Virus record (IMG/VR): IMGVR_UViG_3300030372_000318
Coordinates: 1 to 37,644 of that record
Length of the DNA: 37,644 nucleotides
Source of the DNA: a virus
Taxonomy: Duplodnaviria; Caudoviricetes
Reading direction: 5' to 3' (one strand)
Below the pieces are notes generated by a model that was not told the DNA's origin, made no database searches, and was given only the letters and a program-made list of their open reading frames with translations. Positions 26,454-34,356 of the stretch are shown here, piece by piece. Within the stretch, counting starts at the first letter, position 1. Each line of letters starts with the position of its first letter. Made by a program: the position numbers and the translations under genes.

Positions 26454-26816
26454 CTATGCTAAATAAGTTGAACTTTTAGCAACAGGTGTTGCTTTTGGTG
26501 CAGGTTTAGGTTGTGTTTCGTATAAACCTTTAGCTTGATCTTTTGTTTTATCAATAGGTTCAATACCCATTGCACATATTTGTAACTCTACGTTTTGTTC
26601 TACGCCATCTTTCTCTTTGCTTTCTCTAACAGTTTTTACATATGCCTGTGCCTTAATCATCATTTCGCTACCAGCTTCTGGTAATTTTTCTATGCCTAGC
26701 TTTTCTAGTTCTTCTCTACCAAGCGATATACACAAACCGTAGCTATACATCGGTTCGTCATACATTTCATTGTTGTCAATAGGCTGTGGGTCTTTTTTTA
26801 AATCAATTAAATTCAT
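26454..26816 (-). CDS. Head-associated protein (capsid staple-like)
   Basis: 120 aa; YSYGLCISL..EELEKLGI..LP..G…VELQI..M; directly after the portal. Confidence 0.65.
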   Translation of the reverse strand: MNLIDLKKDPQPIDNNEMYDEPMYSYGLCISLGREELEKLGIEKLPEAGSEMMIKAQAYVKTVRESKEKDGVEQNVELQICAMGIEPIDKTKDQAKGLYETQPKPAPKATPVAKSSTYLA

Positions 26817-28496
26817 TTATACCTCCAATGGTGATGGTGAATTGTAGCCACTAAACTGGTTCATCATATCCAGCATAGATGGTTCACCGGTTTTACTGTT
26901 ATTTAATTTAGTTGCATTCTCTACTGCTTGTTGTTGTGCTTCTTGTTGTGCCATTGCCTGTTGTTGTGCTGCTCTTTCTTGACGTATCCTTGCAACACGT
27001 TCACCTCCAACTATTAATTTAGGATCTACGCCTAACATATCTGCGTATCCATCAGCCCATGCGTCAGAATCAAACTTATCAAGTACATCAGGTTTCATCT
27101 GGGCAACCATACCCATGTTATTTACATATCTATCAATACTATTTGTACCAATAGCACGTTGTGCTTGTGCCAACATAGATATAAATTCTACGCTTAATTC
27201 CATTCCTTGCAACTCTTCTGGTGCAGGTGGTACTAAATCTGACTCAATCATTCTGTTAAACGTATTATCTATTAACGGATCAAGCAATTCGTTATGTAAT
27301 CTCTCCAATACTGGACCTAACATAAGCAGCTTTTCTTCGTGTCGTTCCGCTACTTCTGTTGCAGTCATCCTTGTATCCGTAGCATTTGCCAACATTAAGA
27401 ACAAATCAGCATAAAAACTACCATTTATTCTTTGCCTTACGTCCTGTATATCTGCTAATAAATGATTTAAATTAAGGTTTACGTTAAATGCTGTCTCGAT
27501 CTTGCCCTGTTGACCATCAATAAACGTAACTCCACCCGGTAAACTATCTACATCTCTGTTTTTCATATAGCTAGGCACTTGCAATGGTGGCTTTGTTTGG
27601 TAATCAATGCCTTGTGCCTTACGCAATTGCTCATGTTGTAGCTGTTTTATGTCACCTAATGCTTCCATTCCGGGTGAATTACCATAAATATCGCCACCTG
27701 CTACTCCCCATCTAGGTATAACAGCAGGGAAATCTCTATATCCACTCTCTCTAAGCACATCTTCACCATCTCCACCTTGTTCAAAGTAACAAGACTTGTA
27801 TGCCATATTCATATTATCTTTCTTTTTAAAGTCTCGCTCTCTATCATCTCTTGGTTCTATCGCATGAATAATTGTTACCCATTGATCTAATGAACCTCTG
27901 TCAAACAAATTCTTAACGGACGTTGAACATTTCTTATATCCAAACTCTCTTACCACTTCTCCTACAGTTTTTTGAAATTCTCTATACAAAGTATTAACTC
28001 TGCCCTGATAATCTGTAGCAATTGCATATTCTCCAATAGTTACAGGGTAATGATGTATAGCTGTTTTAGAATCAGGGAGGATAATAGAACCTGCTGTACC
28101 AAATGCTCCCAATTCTTCATATATTCCATGTAATGTTCGGTATGTATTGGACTTTTGAAACACCAATTGCATACGTTCTGTAACGTCATTTAGCCATAAT
28201 TTAACAGGTGCATATCTATTTAACTCTGGATCAGCCGTTCCAAGTCTAAACCAAGGTCTTGCAGGGGATGTCGCACCTGCCATCATACCTGCACCTAGTG
28301 TTCTTAACGCTCTTGTTCCTGTATTGTCGTATATCGAGTTATGTCTTCTATGACCTTTGTTTCTATCTTGCTCAAAATAACGTCCATTCCTTGGTAACAA
28401 GTAAGTTGTTACCTCTTGCCAATGTGACCACCATGTAGCCCTTTCAGATCTAAGATGACCCCACCTTGTTAACAGGTCTGCACGTTTTGTTTTCAT
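26817..28496 (-). CDS. Portal (head-tail connector, Bbp21-like)
   Basis: 559 aa; TSPARPWFRL, YG.SPGMEALGDIKQLQ, MTATEV.ER.EEKL.MLGPVLERL.NELL.PLI. Confidence 0.95.
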   Translation of the reverse strand: MKTKRADLLTRWGHLRSERATWWSHWQEVTTYLLPRNGRYFEQDRNKGHRRHNSIYDNTGTRALRTLGAGMMAGATSPARPWFRLGTADPELNRYAPVKLWLNDVTERMQLVFQKSNTYRTLHGIYEELGAFGTAGSIILPDSKTAIHHYPVTIGEYAIATDYQGRVNTLYREFQKTVGEVVREFGYKKCSTSVKNLFDRGSLDQWVTIIHAIEPRDDRERDFKKKDNMNMAYKSCYFEQGGDGEDVLRESGYRDFPAVIPRWGVAGGDIYGNSPGMEALGDIKQLQHEQLRKAQGIDYQTKPPLQVPSYMKNRDVDSLPGGVTFIDGQQGKIETAFNVNLNLNHLLADIQDVRQRINGSFYADLFLMLANATDTRMTATEVAERHEEKLLMLGPVLERLHNELLDPLIDNTFNRMIESDLVPPAPEELQGMELSVEFISMLAQAQRAIGTNSIDRYVNNMGMVAQMKPDVLDKFDSDAWADGYADMLGVDPKLIVGGERVARIRQERAAQQQAMAQQEAQQQAVENATKLNNSKTGEPSMLDMMNQFSGYNSPSPLEV

Positions 28497-28499
28497 TGA

Positions 28500-28826
28500 T
28501 TATCCACCAAGTAATGTGTTACCACCAAGATTTAACTGGCTAGAATCTACACCTTGCACACCAGTTAGTAATGTTCCGGCAGGGCCTGTTAAGGCTGCTT
28601 GTTCTTCTTTCTTTGTAATAGCACTAACGTCCGCTCTTTTTCTATTAGCTTTGTTAAATTCAACATCAGCACGGTCAGATGCTTCTTTTGCTCTTGTTTT
28701 CGCATCCTCATTTGCTTGTCGTTGCAATGTTAACTGTTTTTTTTGTTGTTTTCTTTGCTGTTCACCAGAATATATTTGATATCCAACGCTAACTGCTCCT
28801 AGTGCTACGGCTGCTGATACTACCAT
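28500..28826 (-). CDS. Small virion protein upstream of the portal
   Basis: 108 aa; C-terminal GTLLTG.QGV….LG..TLLGG typical of this position in podoviruses. Confidence 0.75.
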   Translation of the reverse strand: MVVSAAVALGAVSVGYQIYSGEQQRKQQKKQLTLQRQANEDAKTRAKEASDRADVEFNKANRKRADVSAITKKEEQAALTGPAGTLLTGVQGVDSSQLNLGGNTLLGG

Positions 28827-28829
28827 CGT

Positions 28830-29339
28830 TTAAATCTCCTTAGAATACATGATTTCTTGTACACCATATTTTAATTTTGGTAGCAGTTTAGCTAAAGCGG
28901 TGTGTTCTTTGCCGTGCCATAACATCAATTTGCAGCCCTCAGATCTGGCATGATCCTCTGTGACCTTTATCAATTTCAAACCTAATCGTCCACCTCTAAA
29001 ATCTTTTTTGATAAACAAAACGTCATTTTGGCAAACTCTTAAGTCCGCATAATGCAAATGATGCATCATCAAATTCATAGAATATCCAATACAGACATCG
29101 CCTTGCATTGCTAGGTAAATAAACAACCAACCTGTTGCATTCATTGTGTCATACAAAGGCCAGTTAGGTTTTAGCTTCATTACCTGTTTGTTGCGAGCAA
29201 TCTCTTCGTAATGCTCTTCAAATAATGGTTCTGCTAATACCTTAAATTCATCTAACGTGCAGAGTCTAATTTCTGTTTTAGGTACTCTACTTTCGTTTAC
29301 ACTAGCTGTACTATCAGCAGTTACGGTCACACTAGTCAT
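28830..29339 (-). CDS. GNAT-family acetyltransferase
   Basis: NDVLFIKKDFRGGRLGLKLIK..ED.AR..GC acetyl-CoA-binding motif A; start uncertain because a promoter motif lies within the first codons. Confidence 0.85.
   Translation of the reverse strand: MTSVTVTADSTASVNESRVPKTEIRLCTLDEFKVLAEPLFEEHYEEIARNKQVMKLKPNWPLYDTMNATGWLFIYLAMQGDVCIGYSMNLMMHHLHYADLRVCQNDVLFIKKDFRGGRLGLKLIKVTEDHARSEGCKLMLWHGKEHTALAKLLPKLKYGVQEIMYSKEI
29299..29332 (-). promoter_or_regulatory. Fourth copy of the late motif: GTGTGACCGTAA-N16-TAGTGT
   Basis: Exact 12-mer at 29321-29332, at the GNAT/terL divergence. Confidence 0.7.
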
Positions 29340-29384
29340 AAGGGATATAATGTATATATCTATTATTGGAACTATTTTTAATTA

Positions 29385-30710
29385 ATGCAAGTAAGTCTGG
29401 ACTATACCGCTCGTGAATGGCAAAGACAATGTCATATAAACAAAAAAAGGTTTAGTGTTTACGCATTACATAGACGTTCTGGTAAAACTGAACTTGCCAT
29501 CATGGAACTAATAGACAAAGCCATGAAAACAGACAAAGAATTATCTATGTTTGTCTACGTTGCTCCTTTCCTACGTCAGGCAAAAGCCATTGCATGGGCT
29601 AGGTTAAAACAAAAAATTGAACCATTAAGACAAAGATCAGCTATAGAAATAAATGAGGGTGAATTATCTATAAAATTTAAACATAATGGGGCAATTATTA
29701 GGCTATTTGGTGGTGACAATCCTGATGCTATGCGTGGTTTACGTTTAGATGGCATAGTCATGGATGAAGTTGCACAGCTAAAAAACGAGCTATGGACAGA
29801 TATCGTACAGCCTGCACTTTCTGACCGTTTGGGGTGGTCGATATTCATTGGTACTCCTAGTGGTATTAACTTGTTCTCTGAGTTGTATTACAAAGCAATG
29901 GATGAAAAAGATTGGACTGCTGCCAGATATACCGTATTTGATACAGATTCCCTACATCCTAATGAGGTGACTCGTCTTAAACGAGACATGAGTGAGACTT
30001 CCTTTGCTCGTGAGTATCTATGCGACTTTTCAGCCCAAGGTGATGATCAGTTAATAGCTTTAGCAGATACCGAAGATGCAGCTAAAAGGACATATCAATC
30101 TGACCATGTAAAGCTGTCACCAATAGTCCTTGGTATCGACCCTGCTCGCTTTGGGGATGACCGTTCAGTTATATTCCGCCGTCAAGGAAGACAAGCTTTT
30201 AAGCCTGTGGTCTATCGTGGTATTGACAATATGGAACTAGCTACAAGGGTTGCCAACCTTATTGAAGAGCATGATCCTGATGCTGTGTTCTGTGACGCAG
30301 GGGCAGGGAGTGGAGTTATTGACAGACTAAGACAGTTATCATATGACGTTATCGAGATTCCATTTGGTGGTAAGGCCACTAAACCTGATCAATACATAAA
30401 CCGTAGATCCGAGATGTGGTGGTTAATGAAACAATGGATAGAAGAAGGAGGTGCAATACCCAACGACATAGCCCTTAAACAGGAACTAGCTACTCCCATT
30501 TATTGGTACGACAACGTGGGTAGACGAGTCCTTGAGTCTAAAGATCAGATTAAGAAGAGATTGCAGGGTGCAGGCTCACCTGATTTAGCTGATGCACTAG
30601 CCCTTACATTTGCCCTCCCAGTAGCTAAGAAACAACCAGAAGATATATACATCAAAAGACGTAAACAAGCCACACAAAAGACCGACTATGACCCTTACAA
30701 AGTCCTCTAA
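29385..30710 (+). CDS. terL: Terminase large subunit
   Basis: 441 aa; HRRSGKT (Walker A), LRLDGIVMDE (Walker B), IGTPSG (motif III), nuclease LGIDPARFGDD…SPDLADALAL. Confidence 0.95.
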   Translation: MQVSLDYTAREWQRQCHINKKRFSVYALHRRSGKTELAIMELIDKAMKTDKELSMFVYVAPFLRQAKAIAWARLKQKIEPLRQRSAIEINEGELSIKFKHNGAIIRLFGGDNPDAMRGLRLDGIVMDEVAQLKNELWTDIVQPALSDRLGWSIFIGTPSGINLFSELYYKAMDEKDWTAARYTVFDTDSLHPNEVTRLKRDMSETSFAREYLCDFSAQGDDQLIALADTEDAAKRTYQSDHVKLSPIVLGIDPARFGDDRSVIFRRQGRQAFKPVVYRGIDNMELATRVANLIEEHDPDAVFCDAGAGSGVIDRLRQLSYDVIEIPFGGKATKPDQYINRRSEMWWLMKQWIEEGGAIPNDIALKQELATPIYWYDNVGRRVLESKDQIKKRLQGAGSPDLADALALTFALPVAKKQPEDIYIKRRKQATQKTDYDPYKVL

Positions 30711-31257
30711 CTTTAGACGCATAGCCGAGGGGTTAGACGTTGAACCATTGCTCCAATTGTTAAATGCCAAGCCTGAGTTATGGAAGGAGATTGAAACAAG
30801 ACAAAAGTTCACTAATTCACCACATAAAGATACCGAGAGTATTTATGTTCGAGGTCCTCTTAAAATGTCGCAATACTACGTTCTTTGGGATACTGGCAGT
30901 TATGACTATCCATGCATGGAATATCTCAAACCTGCCCTAATTCCATTGATGCGACCAATACTGGAGCAGCTACAAGTCAAGGAAATGGGAAGGGTACTTA
31001 TAGTTAACTTGAAGCCTAGCGGTCACGTTACAAAACACAATGACCAAGGAACATATGCGGACTATTATTCAAGGTTTCATATTGTCCTTAAATCAAACCA
31101 ATTTTGCAGCCAAACGTGCGGTGATCAGGAACAAAAGTTTAATGTTGGCGATGTCTGGTGGTTTAACCACAAAGAACTCCATACAGCCGATAACATAGGC
31201 GATACAGACAGGATTCACATTATCTTTGACTGCGTTCTTACTGAGGAACTCCAGTAA
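30688..31257 (+). CDS. 2OG-Fe(II) oxygenase, aspartyl/asparaginyl beta-hydroxylase-like
   Basis: 189 aa; HND (HxD), RFHIVL, WWFNHKELH, DRIHIIFD. Confidence 0.85.
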   Translation: MTLTKSSNFRRIAEGLDVEPLLQLLNAKPELWKEIETRQKFTNSPHKDTESIYVRGPLKMSQYYVLWDTGSYDYPCMEYLKPALIPLMRPILEQLQVKEMGRVLIVNLKPSGHVTKHNDQGTYADYYSRFHIVLKSNQFCSQTCGDQEQKFNVGDVWWFNHKELHTADNIGDTDRIHIIFDCVLTEELQ

Positions 31258-31705
31258 CTACATTTACATTAATATCACCTTTAGTTTCAATTCCTATTAA
31301 CTTCTCTGAATATTCCTGTGGATACCATTTAGCCAATAAACGAAGTCTTAAATCTGCCCTTGATCTCATCCAGTTAACATGAGCATTATCCATTCTTGCA
31401 TTCTCTCCCTCACCGATCATAGGAGGAGGAGTATCAACAAGTGCTAAAGCTTCCTCCGCAATTGCTCTAGCTCCAAGAAACCTGCTTACATGCGTAAAGC
31501 GTGACATAAACTCTTCATCCTTATCCAACCACCGATACAAAGTTCTATAAGAAGGCATTCCTTTCTGCCTACAAAATGATCGCAAAGTACCACCGTTAGC
31601 AACATATTCTAAAACCTGCTCAACAATTACAGGATCAGGCTTTTTAATTGGTCTACCTAACTTTGATTGTTTTGAATCTGTCAGGATAATCTGCTCTGCG
31701 TTCAT
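31238..31705 (-). CDS. terS: Terminase small subunit (Sf6-like HTH)
   Basis: GRP…ANGGTLRSFCRQKGMPSYRTLYRWL..DEEF…R..LLAKWYP..Y and beta C-tail INVNVVTG. Confidence 0.85.
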   Translation of the reverse strand: MNAEQIILTDSKQSKLGRPIKKPDPVIVEQVLEYVANGGTLRSFCRQKGMPSYRTLYRWLDKDEEFMSRFTHVSRFLGARAIAEEALALVDTPPPMIGEGENARMDNAHVNWMRSRADLRLRLLAKWYPQEYSEKLIGIETKGDINVNVVTGVPQ

Positions 31706-31916
31706 AACGACATATCTTGGCTATGGTATGTTTATTCAAATTAAAAATTTTAGATAAAGTAGAATATCCTATACCGTCCTCCTCGTGTAAATCACGCAAG
31801 GCATCAACAATAACATCACTAATTCTAGGATTGTGATTGTGATGGTAAGAATTAATTCTATAACCTTTATCATTAACCCCAATTACTAAGGTTTTAACTG
31901 GAGTTGAAACAGTCAT
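31653..31916 (-). CDS. Small HTH DNA-binding protein
   Basis: 87 aa; LRDLHEEDGIGYSTLSKIFNLNKHTIAKICRYERR. Confidence 0.75.
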   Translation of the reverse strand: MTVSTPVKTLVIGVNDKGYRINSYHHNHNPRISDVIVDALRDLHEEDGIGYSTLSKIFNLNKHTIAKICRYERRADYPDRFKTIKVR

Positions 31917-31940
31917 AAAAAAATGAATAAAATTAAATAA

Positions 31941-31969
31941 AATATAAGAAATTTTTAAGTAAATTGCAA
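31941..31969 (-). promoter_or_regulatory. Sigma70-type leftward promoter TTGCAA-N17-TATATT
   Basis: In the AT-rich divergent intergenic region upstream of the HTH/terS genes. Confidence 0.55.
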
Positions 31970-31986
31970 TATTTAAAATATATTAC

Positions 31987-32015
31987 TTGACATATGTTTG
32001 ATTTACTGCAACACT
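31987..32015 (+). promoter_or_regulatory. Early promoter TTGACA-N17-AACACT with TGn extension and operator-like spacer
   Basis: Consensus -35; spacer TGTTTGA-N5-TGCAACA resembles the sites at 33803 and 34357. Confidence 0.65.
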
Positions 32016-32073
32016 AATAGATATCGGATGTCCACCGATGCTTCACTTACTAATTTTAATTAACAACAAGCAC

Positions 32074-33051
32074 ATGACACAGTTCAACTTTCCAACACAA
32101 CTTGCAGACCACTTAGAGCAAGAGATTTACACCAAGCTTATTGCAGAAGTGCAATCTAATGTAGATAGACTCAACACAAAGTGGTCTAAGCGTGAACAAG
32201 CAGGTAAAACTTTTGACACTATACAAACATGGCACGGTGAAGAAAAAGTTTACTACTACAAGTTTTCACAATTCTTAGACATTACATTTCATCAGGAAGA
32301 AACTTCTTACTTTGATCCAAGCGTGACAATGCGTAACGACTATTACAGACCATTAAGTTGCGAAATTAATTATGCAGCTTGCAAAGACAATGCTCATGCT
32401 CAGAGAGTACACACAGTTGCTTTATGTACTGAGAGAGTTAATGGTCATTTAGCAGTTACTGATACTGTTTATGACATTGATTTAAAACTAGGTAAGAAAA
32501 ATCTTATCGAAGGCAATGTTACTGGCCATACAGCTAACAACGATGACTTCCAGATACACCTTCAGATGATGTGGAACTACCGCTACGGTGAGAACTCAGC
32601 TAATGGTTACCTTACTCAGTACGTCCAATACAGAAGCGACAGACGAGGTGCTAGGCAAGAAGGAAAGTCAGTACAGCAAGCCAAGACAGATGCTGAGAAA
32701 CAGGCTAGACGAGATGAGAAACTTGCTATCCAGAATGAAAAGCAAATGGCCAAGTGGGAGAAATTCCAAAAGCTACCAGTTGTAATGGAGAAATGGGTAG
32801 ACAAAGAAATCAAAACATTAGCTGCTGTAATCAGCGATGAAGGTTTAGCTGACAGCCAAAGAAAAGCAGACAGACTTGGCTACAAGTTTGATGCTGAATG
32901 GCAAATCAAATGTATTACCAAAGACATTGACACACACAATACTTTGAGAAATGACCTTAGACATTGGCAGAATGACGAGACAGGACTTAAGGCACTATTC
33001 GATAGAGGTATCGACACCAGAAACAAGCTTAAGGAGATGTACGGAGTTTAA
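32074..33051 (+). CDS. Early protein of unknown function (~325 aa)
   Basis: Long ORF; ATG 32074 preferred after the hairpin/AU-rich leader; followed by a terminator. Confidence 0.8.
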   Translation: MTQFNFPTQLADHLEQEIYTKLIAEVQSNVDRLNTKWSKREQAGKTFDTIQTWHGEEKVYYYKFSQFLDITFHQEETSYFDPSVTMRNDYYRPLSCEINYAACKDNAHAQRVHTVALCTERVNGHLAVTDTVYDIDLKLGKKNLIEGNVTGHTANNDDFQIHLQMMWNYRYGENSANGYLTQYVQYRSDRRGARQEGKSVQQAKTDAEKQARRDEKLAIQNEKQMAKWEKFQKLPVVMEKWVDKEIKTLAAVISDEGLADSQRKADRLGYKFDAEWQIKCITKDIDTHNTLRNDLRHWQNDETGLKALFDRGIDTRNKLKEMYGV

Positions 33052-33069
33052 TTACTCCTACATCCTTTT
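33036..33069 (+). terminator. Intrinsic terminator-like hairpin
   Basis: GATGTA(C)GGAGT-TTAATT-ACTCCTACATC followed by CTTTT. Confidence 0.6.
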
Positions 33070-33168
33070 ACCTGATAATTTCTTAGAGGTTTAAATATCT
33101 CTATGAAGTTTTCAAACTTCACCGAACAAATTGTTCACTAACTAATTTTTAAATTAACTAAAACAATC

Positions 33169-33333
33169 ATGTACGAACAAACACGCCAGACTTCAGATTT
33201 GCGAGATGAATTAATCGACCAGTTAAGAGATCTTAATTACACCGATTATCAACTTATCGAATCATTTGTACGATTCCTTCCACAATCACAACTGGAAGAA
33301 TTGCAAGATTCAATCCAAAGGGAGGAATTCTAA
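33169..33333 (+). CDS. Small acidic protein (54 aa)
   Basis: MYEQTRQTSDLRDELIDQLRDLNYTDYQLIESFVRFLPQSQLEELQDSIQREEF; abuts the next ATG. Confidence 0.75.
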   Translation: MYEQTRQTSDLRDELIDQLRDLNYTDYQLIESFVRFLPQSQLEELQDSIQREEF

Positions 33334-33516
33334 ATGACCATACAAAATCCACAGCAGGCATACTACCAAGCATTAGTATTAGCTTTGACCACAAAAGATG
33401 AAGCACTACAAAAAGAATGCGAAAGCATGGCTGCTTCATTTGCTACACAAATTACTGAAGACCAACAGAAAGCGTGTAGAGACAAAATCGAATCTATCCT
33501 TGGAGGTACAAAGTAA
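33334..33516 (+). CDS. Hypothetical protein (60 aa)
   Basis: GGAGG site upstream; coupled to the next gene. Confidence 0.75.
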   Translation: MTIQNPQQAYYQALVLALTTKDEALQKECESMAASFATQITEDQQKACRDKIESILGGTK

Positions 33517-33776
33517 TGACTAAAAAACTAACAACAGATGAAGAAATCCAAGCACATTGGGATGCACATCACGCAAAATACCGAGATGAAGCAATGGAAC
33601 AAAAGGCAGGTTTATTTCTTAATCATGACGCACAATGGTTATTTATAAACAAAGTGTGTGAATTAATTGGAGGTGAGGATGCCCACAAAAGATTTACACC
33701 AAACGAGCTAATTGAGATGTGCGAAGAAATGAGCGAGTCACACAGACTAAAATTAGAAAAAGAAGAGAGGGTATAA
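33516..33776 (+). CDS. Hypothetical protein (86 aa)
   Basis: GGAGGT site upstream; TAATG overlap; terminator follows. Confidence 0.8.
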   Translation: MTKKLTTDEEIQAHWDAHHAKYRDEAMEQKAGLFLNHDAQWLFINKVCELIGGEDAHKRFTPNELIEMCEEMSESHRLKLEKEERV

Positions 33777-33792
33777 CAACCCTCTTTTTTTT
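33766..33792 (+). terminator. Intrinsic terminator
   Basis: AGAGGGT-ATAACA-ACCCTCT followed by a T run. Confidence 0.85.
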
Positions 33793-33802
33793 GCCTAATT
33801 AC

Positions 33803-33831
33803 TTGATTAAATGTTGCATTTATGCCAATAT
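33803..33831 (+). promoter_or_regulatory. Promoter TTGATT-N17-CAATAT with TGTTGCA half-site, upstream of the Cro-like gene
   Basis: Aligns with the promoters at 31987 and 34357, including TGC before the -10. Confidence 0.55.
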
Positions 33832-33837
33832 AGAGGT

Positions 33838-34053
33838 ATGGAAAAAACAAAACTAACGCCAGTTGAGCTATGTATTAAAGAGTTCGGAGGCATTCGTCCT
33901 ATGGCTAGGATTATTAATCGCAACTGCGGTTCTATTTGTAAGTGGCAAAAGTCAGGTCTAGTTCCTACCAGCATTCAACGGACAGTACTTGAGAAGGCAT
34001 GGGAGCTAGATTTAAATATCACTCCTTACGAATTGATCATGGGCAGGGAATAA
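33838..34053 (+). CDS. Cro/CI-like HTH regulator (71 aa)
   Basis: IKEFGGIRPMARIINRNCGSICKWQKSGLVP; ATG 33838 preferred. Confidence 0.8.
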   Translation: MEKTKLTPVELCIKEFGGIRPMARIINRNCGSICKWQKSGLVPTSIQRTVLEKAWELDLNITPYELIMGRE

Positions 34054-34190
34054 TGACTAAAGAAGGAACTATGCGTTGGAATAGTGCTAACGAAAAAATG
34101 TATGTATTAAAAGCTAGAAAAGGTTGTATTCCTGTTTGGGAAGAAATAGATCCTTATAAAGATTTAGAAGAAAGGAAAATAAAAAAATGA
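34053..34190 (+). CDS. Hypothetical protein (45 aa)
   Basis: MTKEGTMRWNS…; TAATG and ATGA coupling on both sides. Confidence 0.6.
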   Translation: MTKEGTMRWNSANEKMYVLKARKGCIPVWEEIDPYKDLEERKIKK

Positions 34191-34348
34191 ATTGTTATTG
34201 GTGCGACTCAGATTTGATAATTGGCGGTGATATCGACATAGAAGAGGGGATGAATGGTTTTCCTGAGTTTTCAGTAATGACTAATTTATCTTGCCCCAGA
34301 TGCGAGTCACAGGTAGAAGTTTTAAAAAAACGAGATGCCTTCGATTAA
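34187..34348 (+). CDS. Small zinc-ribbon protein (53 aa)
   Basis: MNCYWCDSDLIIGGD…TNLSCPRCESQVEV; two CxxC motifs; not in the ORF track. Confidence 0.8.
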   Translation: MNCYWCDSDLIIGGDIDIEEGMNGFPEFSVMTNLSCPRCESQVEVLKKRDAFD

Positions 34349-34356
34349 TTAATTAT

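Noticed and set aside
26242-26466. Plus-strand Phe-rich 74-aa ORF
   Set aside because: Antisense of Lys-rich minus-strand small genes that have SD sites and coupling.
6130-28779. Many plus-strand ORFs antisense to structural genes (e.g. 6130-6510, 7444-7728, 11611-12075, 19324-19755, 25204-25518, 27115-27414)
   Set aside because: Antisense mirrors of coding frames, mostly TTG/GTG starts with no ribosome-binding site.
33071-33115. Hammerhead ribozyme (CTGATAA…GAA)
   Set aside because: Core is CTGATAA rather than CUGAUGA, there is no properly placed GAAA, and the region folds better as a simple long hairpin.
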